Shown one piece after another: positions 10,293 through 19,351 of a stretch of DNA of 64,000 nucleotides; the first letter of the stretch is position 1, and every line of letters starts with the position of its first letter. Source of the DNA: Alphaproteobacteria bacterium (lineage in GTDB: Bacteria > Pseudomonadota > Alphaproteobacteria > Bin95); NCBI GenBank assembly GCA_965205265.1, contig CBDBGH010000003.1, positions 5,248,001-5,312,000 of the forward strand, in the 5' to 3' direction. The position numbers were made by a program, and so were the translations under genes. The notes under the pieces were generated by a model, which was not told the origin of the DNA, did not search any database, and was given only the letters and a program-made list of their open reading frames with translations.

Positions 10293-10844
10293 TCATGGGG
10301 CCATGTCCGGGTTCTGTCCTTCGCGGCTTCCTTCCCAGGCTTCGCGCCGCTCGACGGCCGCAATCAGTCTTGCCCCCGAGCGTGCGAGTTCCGGGCTCGA
10401 GAACCCTTCCAGCGGCGGCGGGTCGAGGGACTCGGGCGGCACCGGGTCGGGAGTCGGCGGTGCGGGTTCGGAAGGCGGCAGCAGGGTGTAGTTGTGGCTG
10501 GCGATGGAAACGTCGGTGATGGCCTCGCGTCCGAGATGGCGGTTTACCGCCTCCACTATCACTGGCCGGATGTGCACCAATTCCGTCGCGAAGCTGGAGT
10601 GGGCGCCTATCCGGAGCACACCGCGGCTGATCTTCATCGGGTACGAAACCCGGCTGTACTTCCTGCCGACCACCGCTTCCCAGTGCATCAGAAGGCGCAT
10701 GTCCTGGATGCCCATCTGCTGTCCGGTCCGCCGGATTTCGTCCTGGACGATGTCCCCCATTCTCACGGGTTGGCCATCGGCTTTGACAGATCTGCGGCGG
10801 CGCGGCATTCGCGTTCTATAGAGGAATCCCGTCCCGTTTTCCAT
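10293..10844 (-). CDS. dciA: DciA/DUF721 family helicase-loader-like protein (start uncertain)
   Basis: LLMHWEAVVG...PMKISRGVLRI...FATEL....PVIVEAVNRHLGREAITDV matches DUF721 pattern. Confidence 0.75.
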   Translation of the reverse strand: MENGTGFLYRTRMPRRRRSVKADGQPVRMGDIVQDEIRRTGQQMGIQDMRLLMHWEAVVGRKYSRVSYPMKISRGVLRIGAHSSFATELVHIRPVIVEAVNRHLGREAITDVSIASHNYTLLPPSEPAPPTPDPVPPESLDPPPLEGFSSPELARSGARLIAAVERREAWEGSREGQNPDMAP

Positions 10845-11607
10845 ATGGTCCCTACGGACGGGGAAGGGAGAGGCAGGCGGGAAATGTCTCCGGGCTCGAA
10901 TTTCACCAGTCCTCCGGCATAGACGCGGCCGTCATCGAGCGTGACGGTGCTGTTGAGCCAGTCGATGATCCCCGTGATTTCATCCGTGGCCAGCGGGGCG
11001 CGGGGATAGAGCCCGTGCGCGATGTTCAGGTGGACCGCCCCGGCCTCGTTGCGGACGAAGACCGGAGCCCGGCGGGCCATGTAGGAACAGAGAATCGGGG
11101 CAGGTGGACGCAGGCGCACGCGCCACCATGGGCGGCGGTGGGCCGCTGTCCAGGAACGATGCGCTCCGCGTTCCCTAGCATATTGGAGAAAGCGGTCCAC
11201 CGCCCGGCGCCTGTCCGGGTCGAGGCAGTCGAGGTCCTCGGGCAGTACGATGAGCCTGTCGAGCGGGGTTTGCGGCCGGATCACCCCCTCGGGCGCTTCG
11301 AAGAGCTGACGGGCATGGGTGACGGCCGGCACCAGGAGGTCCGGAGGCAGGTCGGCGGTTCGGTCGCCGGCGATCCAGATGCGGTTGCCGCCCGTCACGA
11401 CGCCGCGATGAACACGGAAGAGCGTTCCGAGTTCGACAGGGTTGCGGCGCCTTCCGGAAGACGGGCGCCCGAGGCCTGTCCATTTCGGACTTTCGACAAA
11501 CCGCTTCAGTGCTACCGGTCGGCCGCCGCGAAGCATGCCGGGTCCGGACAGCCGACGAATGCGGTGAAGCCGCGGAAAGGGGCTGGCCTGCCCCGCGCGA
11601 AAGCAGA

Positions 11608-12944
11608 GGGGCTTACAAAGGTAAGTTGACATTGCCGTGTATCGTATCCAGTTCGGCCGCATGAGCGAGGTCTTCACGCACCGTCAGGTGGTATTCCGGC
11701 TTCTGCCGGGCCGCCGGTCCGTTTGGCGGCGTCTGGAGCGGGTTCTGGAGGCGCAGCGGCAGTTGTACAACGCCGCCCTTCAGGAACGCTGCGACGCCTG
11801 GCGTCTGGCCGGGCGGTCGCTCTCCTATATCGACCAGGCGAAGAGCCTGACGGTGTGCCGCCGGGAGGACCCCGAGATGGCGGCCGTTCCGGTCGCCGTG
11901 CAGCGCGGGACGCTGAAGCGCCTGGACGAGGCGATGAAGGGCTTCTTCCGGCGGGTGAAGGCGGGCCAGAAGCCGGGTTTTCCCCGGTTCCGGTCCCGCC
12001 GGCGGTTCGACAGCCTCTCCTTCGTCTCGGGGGTGAGGCTGGAGGACCGGGCCCGGCCCGGCGCGGACTGCGGGTCCGGCGCGGCCTGCCTGCGCCTTCC
12101 GGGTTTCGGCCCGCTTGCGGTCCGCCGGCGGGGCGGCAACCCGCATGGGGATGGCGAGCCGGTCTCGGCGGTGCTGAAGCGCGAGGCCGGCAAGTGGTAC
12201 GCCGTGGTCTGCTACCGGGTCCCGGCGCCGGCGGTCCACGAGGATGACGACAGCGTCATCGGGGTGGACATGAACGCTGGCCAGGTGGCGGCGAGCGGTC
12301 CGGGGCCGGAAGCCCGCCTGTTCCATGCCCCGGATACGCGGCGGCTGGAGGCGAGGGCGAAGCGCCTTGCCCGGCGTCTGGCGCGCCAGAAGCGCGGCTC
12401 CGGGCGCCGGGAGCGCACCCGCGCCCGTCTGGCGAAGACGAGGCGGCGCCTTTCCGGGATGCGGTGCGACTGGCGCCACCATGTCTCGCGGACAGTCGCC
12501 GACGCCGCCCATACCGTCGCCGTCGAGGACCTCCGGGTCCGGAACATGACGCGCAGCGCCCGGGGCACGACAGAGGAGCCGGGCGCCCGGGTCCGGCAGA
12601 AGGCCGGGCTCAACCGCGTCATCCTGGCCACGGGATGGGCGGAACTGCGCTTCATGTTCGGCTACAAGGCGGGACGGCTGCTCGCGGTCGACCCGGCCCA
12701 TACCAGCCGGACCTGCGCCGCCTGCGGCCATGTCGATGCCGGCTCGCGGCGTTCGCGGGCCGAATTCCAGTGCACGGCCTGCGGCCATGCGGACCATGCC
12801 GACGCGAATGCCGGCAGCAACATCCGGCGTCGGGGACTGGCGCTGCTGCACGGGGAGGGGCGTTCCGGCTTGCGGACCCCTGCGATCCGTGAAAACGCAG
12901 GGATGCTGGCGGCATGACGCCGTCAACTCATCTTTGTAAGGCCC
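11608..12944 (+). mobile_element. Non-autonomous TIR element carrying tnpB, copy 1
   Basis: TIRs GGGGCTTACAAAGGTAAGTTGAC / GTCAACTCATCTTTGTAAGGCCC; 8-bp TSD AAAGCAGA; 1337 bp. Confidence 0.95.
11661..12917 (+). CDS. tnpB: RNA-guided endonuclease TnpB (IS200/IS605 OrfB family)
   Basis: RuvC I GVDMN, RuvC II VAVEDL, Zn ribbon CAAC...CTAC, RuvC III HADANA; KPGFPRF. Confidence 0.93.
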   Translation: MSEVFTHRQVVFRLLPGRRSVWRRLERVLEAQRQLYNAALQERCDAWRLAGRSLSYIDQAKSLTVCRREDPEMAAVPVAVQRGTLKRLDEAMKGFFRRVKAGQKPGFPRFRSRRRFDSLSFVSGVRLEDRARPGADCGSGAACLRLPGFGPLAVRRRGGNPHGDGEPVSAVLKREAGKWYAVVCYRVPAPAVHEDDDSVIGVDMNAGQVAASGPGPEARLFHAPDTRRLEARAKRLARRLARQKRGSGRRERTRARLAKTRRRLSGMRCDWRHHVSRTVADAAHTVAVEDLRVRNMTRSARGTTEEPGARVRQKAGLNRVILATGWAELRFMFGYKAGRLLAVDPAHTSRTCAACGHVDAGSRRSRAEFQCTACGHADHADANAGSNIRRRGLALLHGEGRSGLRTPAIRENAGMLAA

Positions 12945-13845
12945 AAAGCAGACTATCGCCGCGCTGGCCTGGATGCCCGGGAAGATATCGGCGGCCGGGT
13001 CGATGACATGCAGGGAGGAAAGCCCCAGGGGACCCGCGGTGAAGAGGGTCCGCAGCACCGCCCCATAACCGGTATGGAGCCATTCCGCGGGCAGCAGCAT
13101 CGCGCCGTAGTCGCCGGGCCGGGCGAGTCCGCATATCGCAAGCATGAAATGGACGTAGAGCCCGGAAAGGCGGCTGAAGGGCAAACGCAGGTCGGCCGCC
13201 CGTGCCGCGGCAAGGTCTTTCCGGCCGCGGTCTATATCGTGGTGCCTCACCCATGGCGGGTTGCCGATAAACAGGGTCGGGCCCGGGGCGGGGCCCGGGT
13301 CGGCGGCGAGAAAGTCCCGGGTCTCCAGCCGGAGCCGGTCGCAGAGGCCGTTCAAGCGCGCGTTGGCGCGAAGCAGCCGGGCGCTGTTTCTGTCGGTCTC
13401 GAACGCGACAAGTTCGGCCGCCGGAAAGCGCTTGGCGGCGGCGAGACCGAACCGGCCCGTTCCGGCGCCCGGATCGACAATGCGCCGCGGCGATCCTGTG
13501 CGGGCGGCCCAATCCGTCATCGCGTCGACGATGGCGGACGGGGTCAGCACGGCGCCGGCGGTGCGGCGCTCGGCAGGACTGCGAAGGCGCATGAGCATTT
13601 CGCCCAGAGGGTCGCCGCCATCGGCAATCCGCCGGCGCAGGGCGGCGATGGCGGGGTCCGGACAGGGCCGACCGTCGTCGAGCGAACGGGCCAGCGCAAC
13701 CAGCGACTGCATGGAGGTCGGGGTTTGTAATGCCATGCCCGGACTGTCGCCGGGACACCTGAAAACTCAAAAAGCGGTCCGCGCTGTGCGGCACGGGGTC
13801 CGGGGCTTCGTTACCGGATCCCTGGACAGCGCCCGGCTGTTACTC

Positions 13846-14544
13846 TCATGGTGGCGCGGTCTCGGGCGCCTGCGCTTCGGCGATCATGGCGGCGAGCCCT
13901 TCGCGGTCAGCGCCGACCGCGCGCCTGGCGGCCTGGGCGATGAATTCCGGCGTGCAGAGCGGGAGCACGGCCGAGGCCGCAAGCGGGGTTTCGGGGCCAT
14001 CCGGGTTCTGGAGGTCGAGTATTTCGGCCACGAGCGGGGCGTCCCGCCCTCCGGGCCTGTCGAGGCGCCACATTTCGCGGGCGCCGACCATGCGCCAGAC
14101 ATCGGGCCTGTCCCCGTCGCCCCAGACACGCTCGACATCCACAACGAGCGTAGGCGGGTGGCAGTCGGCGAAGGCGATTCCCGCCTCGGGACCCTTGTCG
14201 GCCCTGTTGGCCCAACCGTCGGCGTCCCCGCCGACATAGAAGCAGCAGTCGGCTTCCCAGCCGCTGTCCTTCGGGTCGTGCGTGCGCCGCCAGCGCGTCC
14301 GCCCGAGCGCCACCAGGCGCAGGCCGCAGGCGCGGGCGATCTCGTGGGCCACCGTGTCGGCCCCGCGGGCGTGGATTTCGTGGTCGAGCGAGGGGGACAT
14401 AAGCTCGACGAATCCGGTGTCCGGGTCGAGAAACACACGCGGCGCGGACCGGTTCCAGTCGGCCTTCGCCAGATCGGGAATCTCCTGCCAGTGGAATTGC
14501 AGCCGGATGACGCTGGATCCCATGCGTCCGGTGCATGCAGCCAT
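13846..14544 (-). CDS. Uma2 (DUF820) family endonuclease-like protein
   Basis: ELMSPSLDHE, EADCCFY, PPTLVVDV, GAREMWRLD. Confidence 0.75.
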   Translation of the reverse strand: MAACTGRMGSSVIRLQFHWQEIPDLAKADWNRSAPRVFLDPDTGFVELMSPSLDHEIHARGADTVAHEIARACGLRLVALGRTRWRRTHDPKDSGWEADCCFYVGGDADGWANRADKGPEAGIAFADCHPPTLVVDVERVWGDGDRPDVWRMVGAREMWRLDRPGGRDAPLVAEILDLQNPDGPETPLAASAVLPLCTPEFIAQAARRAVGADREGLAAMIAEAQAPETAPP

Positions 14545-15142
14545 GTCGGCCTCCCGCGCAGTCGGCTGTCAAGGATAGGGCGGGGCCGCGGCCTGAGGAA
14601 GGGTCCCGCCCAGTGCCCGCCGGCGAGAGCGTAGCTGCGCGTGTGCGCGTGCTGCATTCGCGGCCGGGCGCCCTTTCGTGCGGCCGGGGAGGTCGCGTCG
14701 CCTGCCGGCAGGATGCGGAACGTCCGGCCGCCGGGGCCGCCCGGAGTCCGGATTGCTTCGGGGAAACTGGACAGGCGGGAGACGGGATGGTAGAATACTA
14801 GACAAGCTGGAGATCGAATGTGGCGGCACGGCGTTCGAGCGGAATTCTGGGAGGCCCCTCATCGAACTGGGAGACCAGGCTTCCGAAAATCAGGCGATAC
14901 CTGCTGCACCGGGAGCCCGTGGATTTCGGCCCGCGCTGGATGTGCTCCTGCGGGCACACGATGCGCGTTCTCTGGCGGCAGGCCTGGTATTGCCGGCGCT
15001 GCGGGCGCTGGTTGCACGACCGGGCTGTGGCCGCCCGGGCGCGGGAACTCGGGGAGGACCCGCGCGGCGGCGTGGCGGCATTTTCACGGATCGGTGGTAA
15101 TCAGCGCGGTGCGTCATCGACGGACCGGGAAGGAAGAGCGGC

Positions 15143-15817
15143 ATGTCAGTAGGCCAGCCCGGCTACTACGCCTACGAGGCGTCCTGCCATTGCGTGGACT
15201 GCGCCCGCGAGCGCTTTGGCGAGGCCCTCGACAACGGCACGGCAACGGATATCGAGGGCAATTCGGTCGGCGTCGGCTTCGATACCGACGAACGCGACTC
15301 CCCGGCCAGCTGCAACGAGTGCTCGGAGTTCATCCTCACGAGCCTGACCGACACGGGTGAGGACTTCGTGGTCGACGCCATTCTCCGCAACCGGGGCCGC
15401 CCGGAAGTGCTCGCGCAATGGCGCGAGGAGTTCGACTGGCTGGAGGAGCGCATCCGCAACGCAATCTGCGAGGCGGAATTCGAGACGGTCGCCGATGGCG
15501 GCGACGGCCAGTATGACAACAGCGACTATTTCAGCGGGGTCGCCGGCTTCGTCAGCGCGATGACGGAACAGGACCTCCCGGAACCGGACGGGCTGGGCGA
15601 CGCGGACTGGGGCCATGAAGCCCTGGAAGAGGCGATCGGGGATGCCAACGACATCCTGAGGGAGGCGGGCGTCGACCGGATCATTTCCTGGCACGGACAC
15701 CTGCCCGGCGTTCTCATGGCCGGGTCGGGGAGGGCGTGGGACGCCGCGTCCGACCTGCCGGCGGTGCAAGGCAAGGCGGAACCGCCGCCCGGGCACGACG
15801 GGATGGAAGGGCCGTAG
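15143..15817 (+). CDS. Acidic hypothetical protein with CxxC pairs
   Basis: RBS AAGGAAG, GC3-biased ORF. Confidence 0.7.
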   Translation: MSVGQPGYYAYEASCHCVDCARERFGEALDNGTATDIEGNSVGVGFDTDERDSPASCNECSEFILTSLTDTGEDFVVDAILRNRGRPEVLAQWREEFDWLEERIRNAICEAEFETVADGGDGQYDNSDYFSGVAGFVSAMTEQDLPEPDGLGDADWGHEALEEAIGDANDILREAGVDRIISWHGHLPGVLMAGSGRAWDAASDLPAVQGKAEPPPGHDGMEGP

Positions 15818-15834
15818 GGTCCGGGGAGACGGGC

Positions 15835-16065
15835 ATGAGCGGCGACGGACATATCTACAAGGCAATGCTGCGGCCTGTCGCGCTCTGGACGCTGCCCATG
15901 GACATCCGGGAGTGGCGCTATGTGCATAGGCCGGAAAGCCTGGAGGGCGGCCGGTACGGCGTCATTGCACTGCCCAGGGCCCTGGACGAGGACGAGCGGT
16001 CCCGGTTCGGGTTGGAACCTGTTGCCGCCGGCCCCGGGACGCCGGACGGCATGGACGGTCCTTAG
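15835..16065 (+). CDS. Small protein resembling the DarA C-terminal (anti-restriction-associated) domain
   Basis: Y...LRP......P...RYGVIALPRALDEDERSRFGL pattern; GGAGA RBS. Confidence 0.55.
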   Translation: MSGDGHIYKAMLRPVALWTLPMDIREWRYVHRPESLEGGRYGVIALPRALDEDERSRFGLEPVAAGPGTPDGMDGP

Positions 16066-16098
16066 GGACACTTACGCAAAGGAGCTGGACATCGAGCG

Positions 16099-16473
16099 AT
16101 GGCCATACGCGCCCACCGGGTCTTCTTTCCGGCCGGCCGGGAGCATTACCGGACGGTGATGGAGGATACCGGCTTTGTGGAGATCGTGACCGAACAGGGA
16201 CATGCCCGGCTCGCCATATGGGCCCTGTCGTCCAGGCGGATGATCGTGAGCTATAGCGAAGGCCGCGTGACGACGGTGCGCTGCGATCATGAGGAGGAGT
16301 TCGTGAACGCAGTCGAGGCGCTCGAGCGATGGGCCAATGAACACGCGGACGCACCGCTGAGCCGGGCGCCGACCGACGGGACCGGCCGTGAGGTCGCTGC
16401 CGCGCTCGGCCTGGTTGAGCTGTTCCCCCGGGAGCCGGCACAGGACGCGGGAGCGGTTCCAGGGGGAATTTGA
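16099..16473 (+). CDS. Hypothetical protein, paralog of 16498-16878
   Basis: SYSEGRV..CDHEEEFV vs NYCEGDV..CDTDEEFV. Confidence 0.65.
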   Translation: MAIRAHRVFFPAGREHYRTVMEDTGFVEIVTEQGHARLAIWALSSRRMIVSYSEGRVTTVRCDHEEEFVNAVEALERWANEHADAPLSRAPTDGTGREVAAALGLVELFPREPAQDAGAVPGGI

Positions 16474-16497
16474 GAGGACCGGCCAGGGAGGCGAGCA

Positions 16498-16878
16498 ATG
16501 CCGATACGGACAAACCGCAGCTTCAACCCGGCCGCCGGCCGTTACGTGTACGATTTCGGGTCCTGTTCGATCGCCAACGGCTATGCGCAGATCGATACCG
16601 GTCAGGATGCTCCCTACTACGGTGCCTGGTGTTCACCCTCGGAACGCAAGCTCGTCAACTATTGCGAAGGCGATGTGGTCGAGACGATCTGCGACACGGA
16701 CGAGGAGTTCGTCCAGGCCGTGCGCGAATTCGCGTCATGGACGAATGAGGCGGGCTGGGGGCCTGCGAGGATCGACCCGGGGCTGGACCCGGAGTTCGCG
16801 GAGTGCTTCCGGGCTCTCGGTCTGGGGGACCTGCTGCACGGCGAGCCGGACACCGGACCGGGTCCCGATGGCCCGTAG
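16498..16878 (+). CDS. MGE-type hypothetical protein
   Basis: RYVYDF..C...GYAQIDTGQDAPYYGAW motif; GGAGG RBS. Confidence 0.72.
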   Translation: MPIRTNRSFNPAAGRYVYDFGSCSIANGYAQIDTGQDAPYYGAWCSPSERKLVNYCEGDVVETICDTDEEFVQAVREFASWTNEAGWGPARIDPGLDPEFAECFRALGLGDLLHGEPDTGPGPDGP

Positions 16879-16948
16879 CGTTTGCGGCGGGCCGCCTGCG
16901 CCCGGCGGGTCCCGGAGGACGGCCACTCCGGAGTGACGAAGGAGAGGG

Positions 16949-17833
16949 ATGGTGAGTGCCTTCATCTGCAACGAGACGCATATCGCAACCTGCGCGAATC
17001 TCATTGGCGAGACCCTTTCGCATCTCGGGAACATGACCCCCAGGGGTATTGCCGCGCAGCTTGCGGAGCAAAACCTGGCGAGTGTCCGGTTCCGGTATGG
17101 AGAGGACGCCGTCGGCAGAATGTTGCCTGAGAGTGCCGAAGGCGATGGTACGCGGTATGTGGAGCGTTGTCGTACCGCCGCCGCGCTGCCATGCAGTGCC
17201 GCGGAAGGTTATGGCTATCTGACCTGCCTCGATTACCAGAGCTGCGAACATCCCGGATGGAACGCGAGCAATGCCCGCAGATGGATCTGCGAGGCCCGCG
17301 ATGCGCTGGTCGTCGCAATGAGGGAGGAACTCCTCGCCGGGCGGGAGGTATGGGAAACCGATGGAACTCCGAAGCCTCTCCCGGAACCATTCCTGTGCAA
17401 CCCGGTGCATATTGCGACCTGCGCGGCGAACCTGAAGGAGGCGGACATTTTCGCTTTCCGGAATCTGTTCGTCGACGGGGTTGCCGAGGCGCTCGGCCGC
17501 GCCAACATGGCGGCGCTGGGCCTGGGCGGTGCCGGTGAGGAGGCCGAGGACGGCGATGTTCTGCCGAACGGCATGACCGCGGCGCAATACCTGCATGAGT
17601 GTCGCACAGCAGCGCCGGCAAAGGCAGGACCCGCCGACATCTACAACTTCCTCTGCTGCTTGCGGGAGCAGTGCGGCGGCGTCGGAAACACCAAAGCCGT
17701 GCGCTGGATCGACGAGGGGCTGGGCCGACAGGAATGGAATCTGCACAAAGCCCTGGTGGGCGGCGCCCATGTATGGGAAGCCCCGCACGGCGATGCGGAA
17801 ACGGAACCGGTGCAATCGGCGCCGACGCCCTGA
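16949..17833 (+). CDS. Hypothetical protein with internally duplicated HIATCA/YQSCEH domain
   Basis: SAFICNETHIATCA...LDYQSCEHPGW; second HIATCA domain. Confidence 0.75.
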   Translation: MVSAFICNETHIATCANLIGETLSHLGNMTPRGIAAQLAEQNLASVRFRYGEDAVGRMLPESAEGDGTRYVERCRTAAALPCSAAEGYGYLTCLDYQSCEHPGWNASNARRWICEARDALVVAMREELLAGREVWETDGTPKPLPEPFLCNPVHIATCAANLKEADIFAFRNLFVDGVAEALGRANMAALGLGGAGEEAEDGDVLPNGMTAAQYLHECRTAAPAKAGPADIYNFLCCLREQCGGVGNTKAVRWIDEGLGRQEWNLHKALVGGAHVWEAPHGDAETEPVQSAPTP

Positions 17834-17883
17834 GAACCAGGAAACGGCCTGCGCTGCGCCGCGAAGCACGGAAGGAGACGGCC

Positions 17884-18828
17884 ATGAGCGCCTTCATCTG
17901 CAACGAGACGCATATCGCGACCTGCGCGGAGATCGTCCGGACCCTGGGGCCGGCCGAGGTCCGGGAGATGGAACGCGGCGACATCGCAGCCGTCCTCGCC
18001 CTGGAGAACATGAAGAGCGTCGCCTTCCGCTATGGCCCGGAAGGTCAGGAGATCTACGACAGAATGATGGCTCCGATGATCGGGCAGGGCTTCACGGTGC
18101 TCAGGGGCGGGCCCGCCGAAGAGGATCCGCTGTCGGAAATGCTGCCGGGCGGGCAGACGGGGCGGGAATATGCCGCGTCCTGCCGTCTTGCCCGGCCGAT
18201 CGTCGAATACAGCCCGGCCGAAGCCCATGCCTGGCTGTCCTGTCTCGAGTACCAGAGCTGCGAGCATCCAGGGTGGGAGGGCTGCGAGGCGCGCGCCTGG
18301 ATCCATGCCGTCCAGCATGGTCTTGCCCTCCGGATCAGGGACGGGCTGCTGGGTGGGCGGGAGGTCCGGGATATCGGGGGAAAGCCGCTGCATCATGGAC
18401 AGGTCGTGCTGTGCAGGGAGGTGCATATGGCGACCTGTGCATCGATCCTGGAGCATTGCGGCCTGTATGTCCTGATGGACCGGTCGTATGGGGATATCCT
18501 GGAAGGGCTCGTCGAGGCGAACCTCAATGCGCTCGAGGCCGAAGGGATGGGCATGGCGCAGAGCAACCGTCGCAGGCATCGCATGAGGTGCCGCGTGGCC
18601 GGGCCGGTCGATACCAGCCCGCTGGAGGCCCATGCCCTTTTGAGCTGCGTGCGCGACAATTGCCGAGCGGATCCCGGGCCGGAGCAGACCCCGGTCGCGG
18701 AGTGGCTGGATGACGGGTTGCTTTCGATAGCCAAGGAGATGAGGCGGGAGGCGCTTGGCGGGCGGCATGTCTGGGAGGCGCCGGAACTGCTTGACTCGCC
18801 CGATGCCGGAGAGGCACCCTCGCCGTAG
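17884..18828 (+). CDS. Paralog of 16949-17833
   Basis: Identical SAFICNETHIATCA N-terminus; LEYQSCEHPGW. Confidence 0.75.
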   Translation: MSAFICNETHIATCAEIVRTLGPAEVREMERGDIAAVLALENMKSVAFRYGPEGQEIYDRMMAPMIGQGFTVLRGGPAEEDPLSEMLPGGQTGREYAASCRLARPIVEYSPAEAHAWLSCLEYQSCEHPGWEGCEARAWIHAVQHGLALRIRDGLLGGREVRDIGGKPLHHGQVVLCREVHMATCASILEHCGLYVLMDRSYGDILEGLVEANLNALEAEGMGMAQSNRRRHRMRCRVAGPVDTSPLEAHALLSCVRDNCRADPGPEQTPVAEWLDDGLLSIAKEMRREALGGRHVWEAPELLDSPDAGEAPSP

Positions 18829-18832
18829 CCGC

Positions 18833-19351
18833 ATGGATGGTTTCCACAGCCTTTTCCCGGACGAGCCGGCCGCGCGCGCCTGGTTCGAGGACGGCCGCTG
18901 GCCGCACGGGCGGTTCTGTCCGCAATGCGGTTCGGCGCGCACCCGGCCGGTGCCGAACGAGCGGCCGGCCCCCTATCACTGCACGTCCTGCCGCACCTAT
19001 TTTTCAGTGCGTTGGGGGACCATGCTGCACAGAAGCAACCTGCCGTTGCGCAAATGGGCGATGGCGATTCATCTCATGTCCGCAAGTACAGGGCGCAACG
19101 GGGTTCCCGGTTGTGTCGCGATGGGCCGCTGTCTCGACATCAATCCGCGCTCCGCGGACATGGCCGTGAACAAGATAAGGCGGGCGGTCGCGGAGCAGAT
19201 CGGTTCGGGCGGGGGAAACCCGGATGGCCTCATAGACGCGGACGTCGAGGACATACGCGACGCCCTTCTGGGCATCGTCCCGCACGGGAGGGAGGCCCAG
19301 CTCCCGGAGGATTGGGAGGACCTGGATGTCCTATTGCAGGAGTCCCTCTAG
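18833..19351 (+). CDS. IS1595-transposase-derived zinc-ribbon/HTH protein lacking the DDE domain
   Basis: FPDEPAARAWFE..RWP...CPQCGS...YHCTSCRTYFSVR.GT..H.SNLPLRKW. Confidence 0.75.
   Translation: MDGFHSLFPDEPAARAWFEDGRWPHGRFCPQCGSARTRPVPNERPAPYHCTSCRTYFSVRWGTMLHRSNLPLRKWAMAIHLMSASTGRNGVPGCVAMGRCLDINPRSADMAVNKIRRAVAEQIGSGGGNPDGLIDADVEDIRDALLGIVPHGREAQLPEDWEDLDVLLQESL

Larger units (their letters stand above)
10763..13736 (-). pseudogene. Amino (N6A/N4C) DNA methyltransferase, Eco57I-like, interrupted by the TnpB-TIR element
   Basis: VDPGAGTG and GNPPW motifs in 5' half; reading frame IVCF|RAGQ rejoins after removing 11608-12944 plus one TSD. Confidence 0.88.

Noticed and set aside
11661-12917. 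TnpB as a Cas12 effector for the CRISPR-like arrays
   Set aside because: It sits in its own mobile unit with a putative cis RNA; no copy is directly adjacent to an array; repeats look Cas6/Csb2-type
11613-13736. 707-aa ORF as a methyltransferase fusion protein
   Set aside because: Read-through of the interrupted MTase into the antisense strand of tnpB
14820-15152. CxC/CxxC zinc-finger ORF
   Set aside because: No clear start or RBS, and it overlaps the next promoter; may be a remnant
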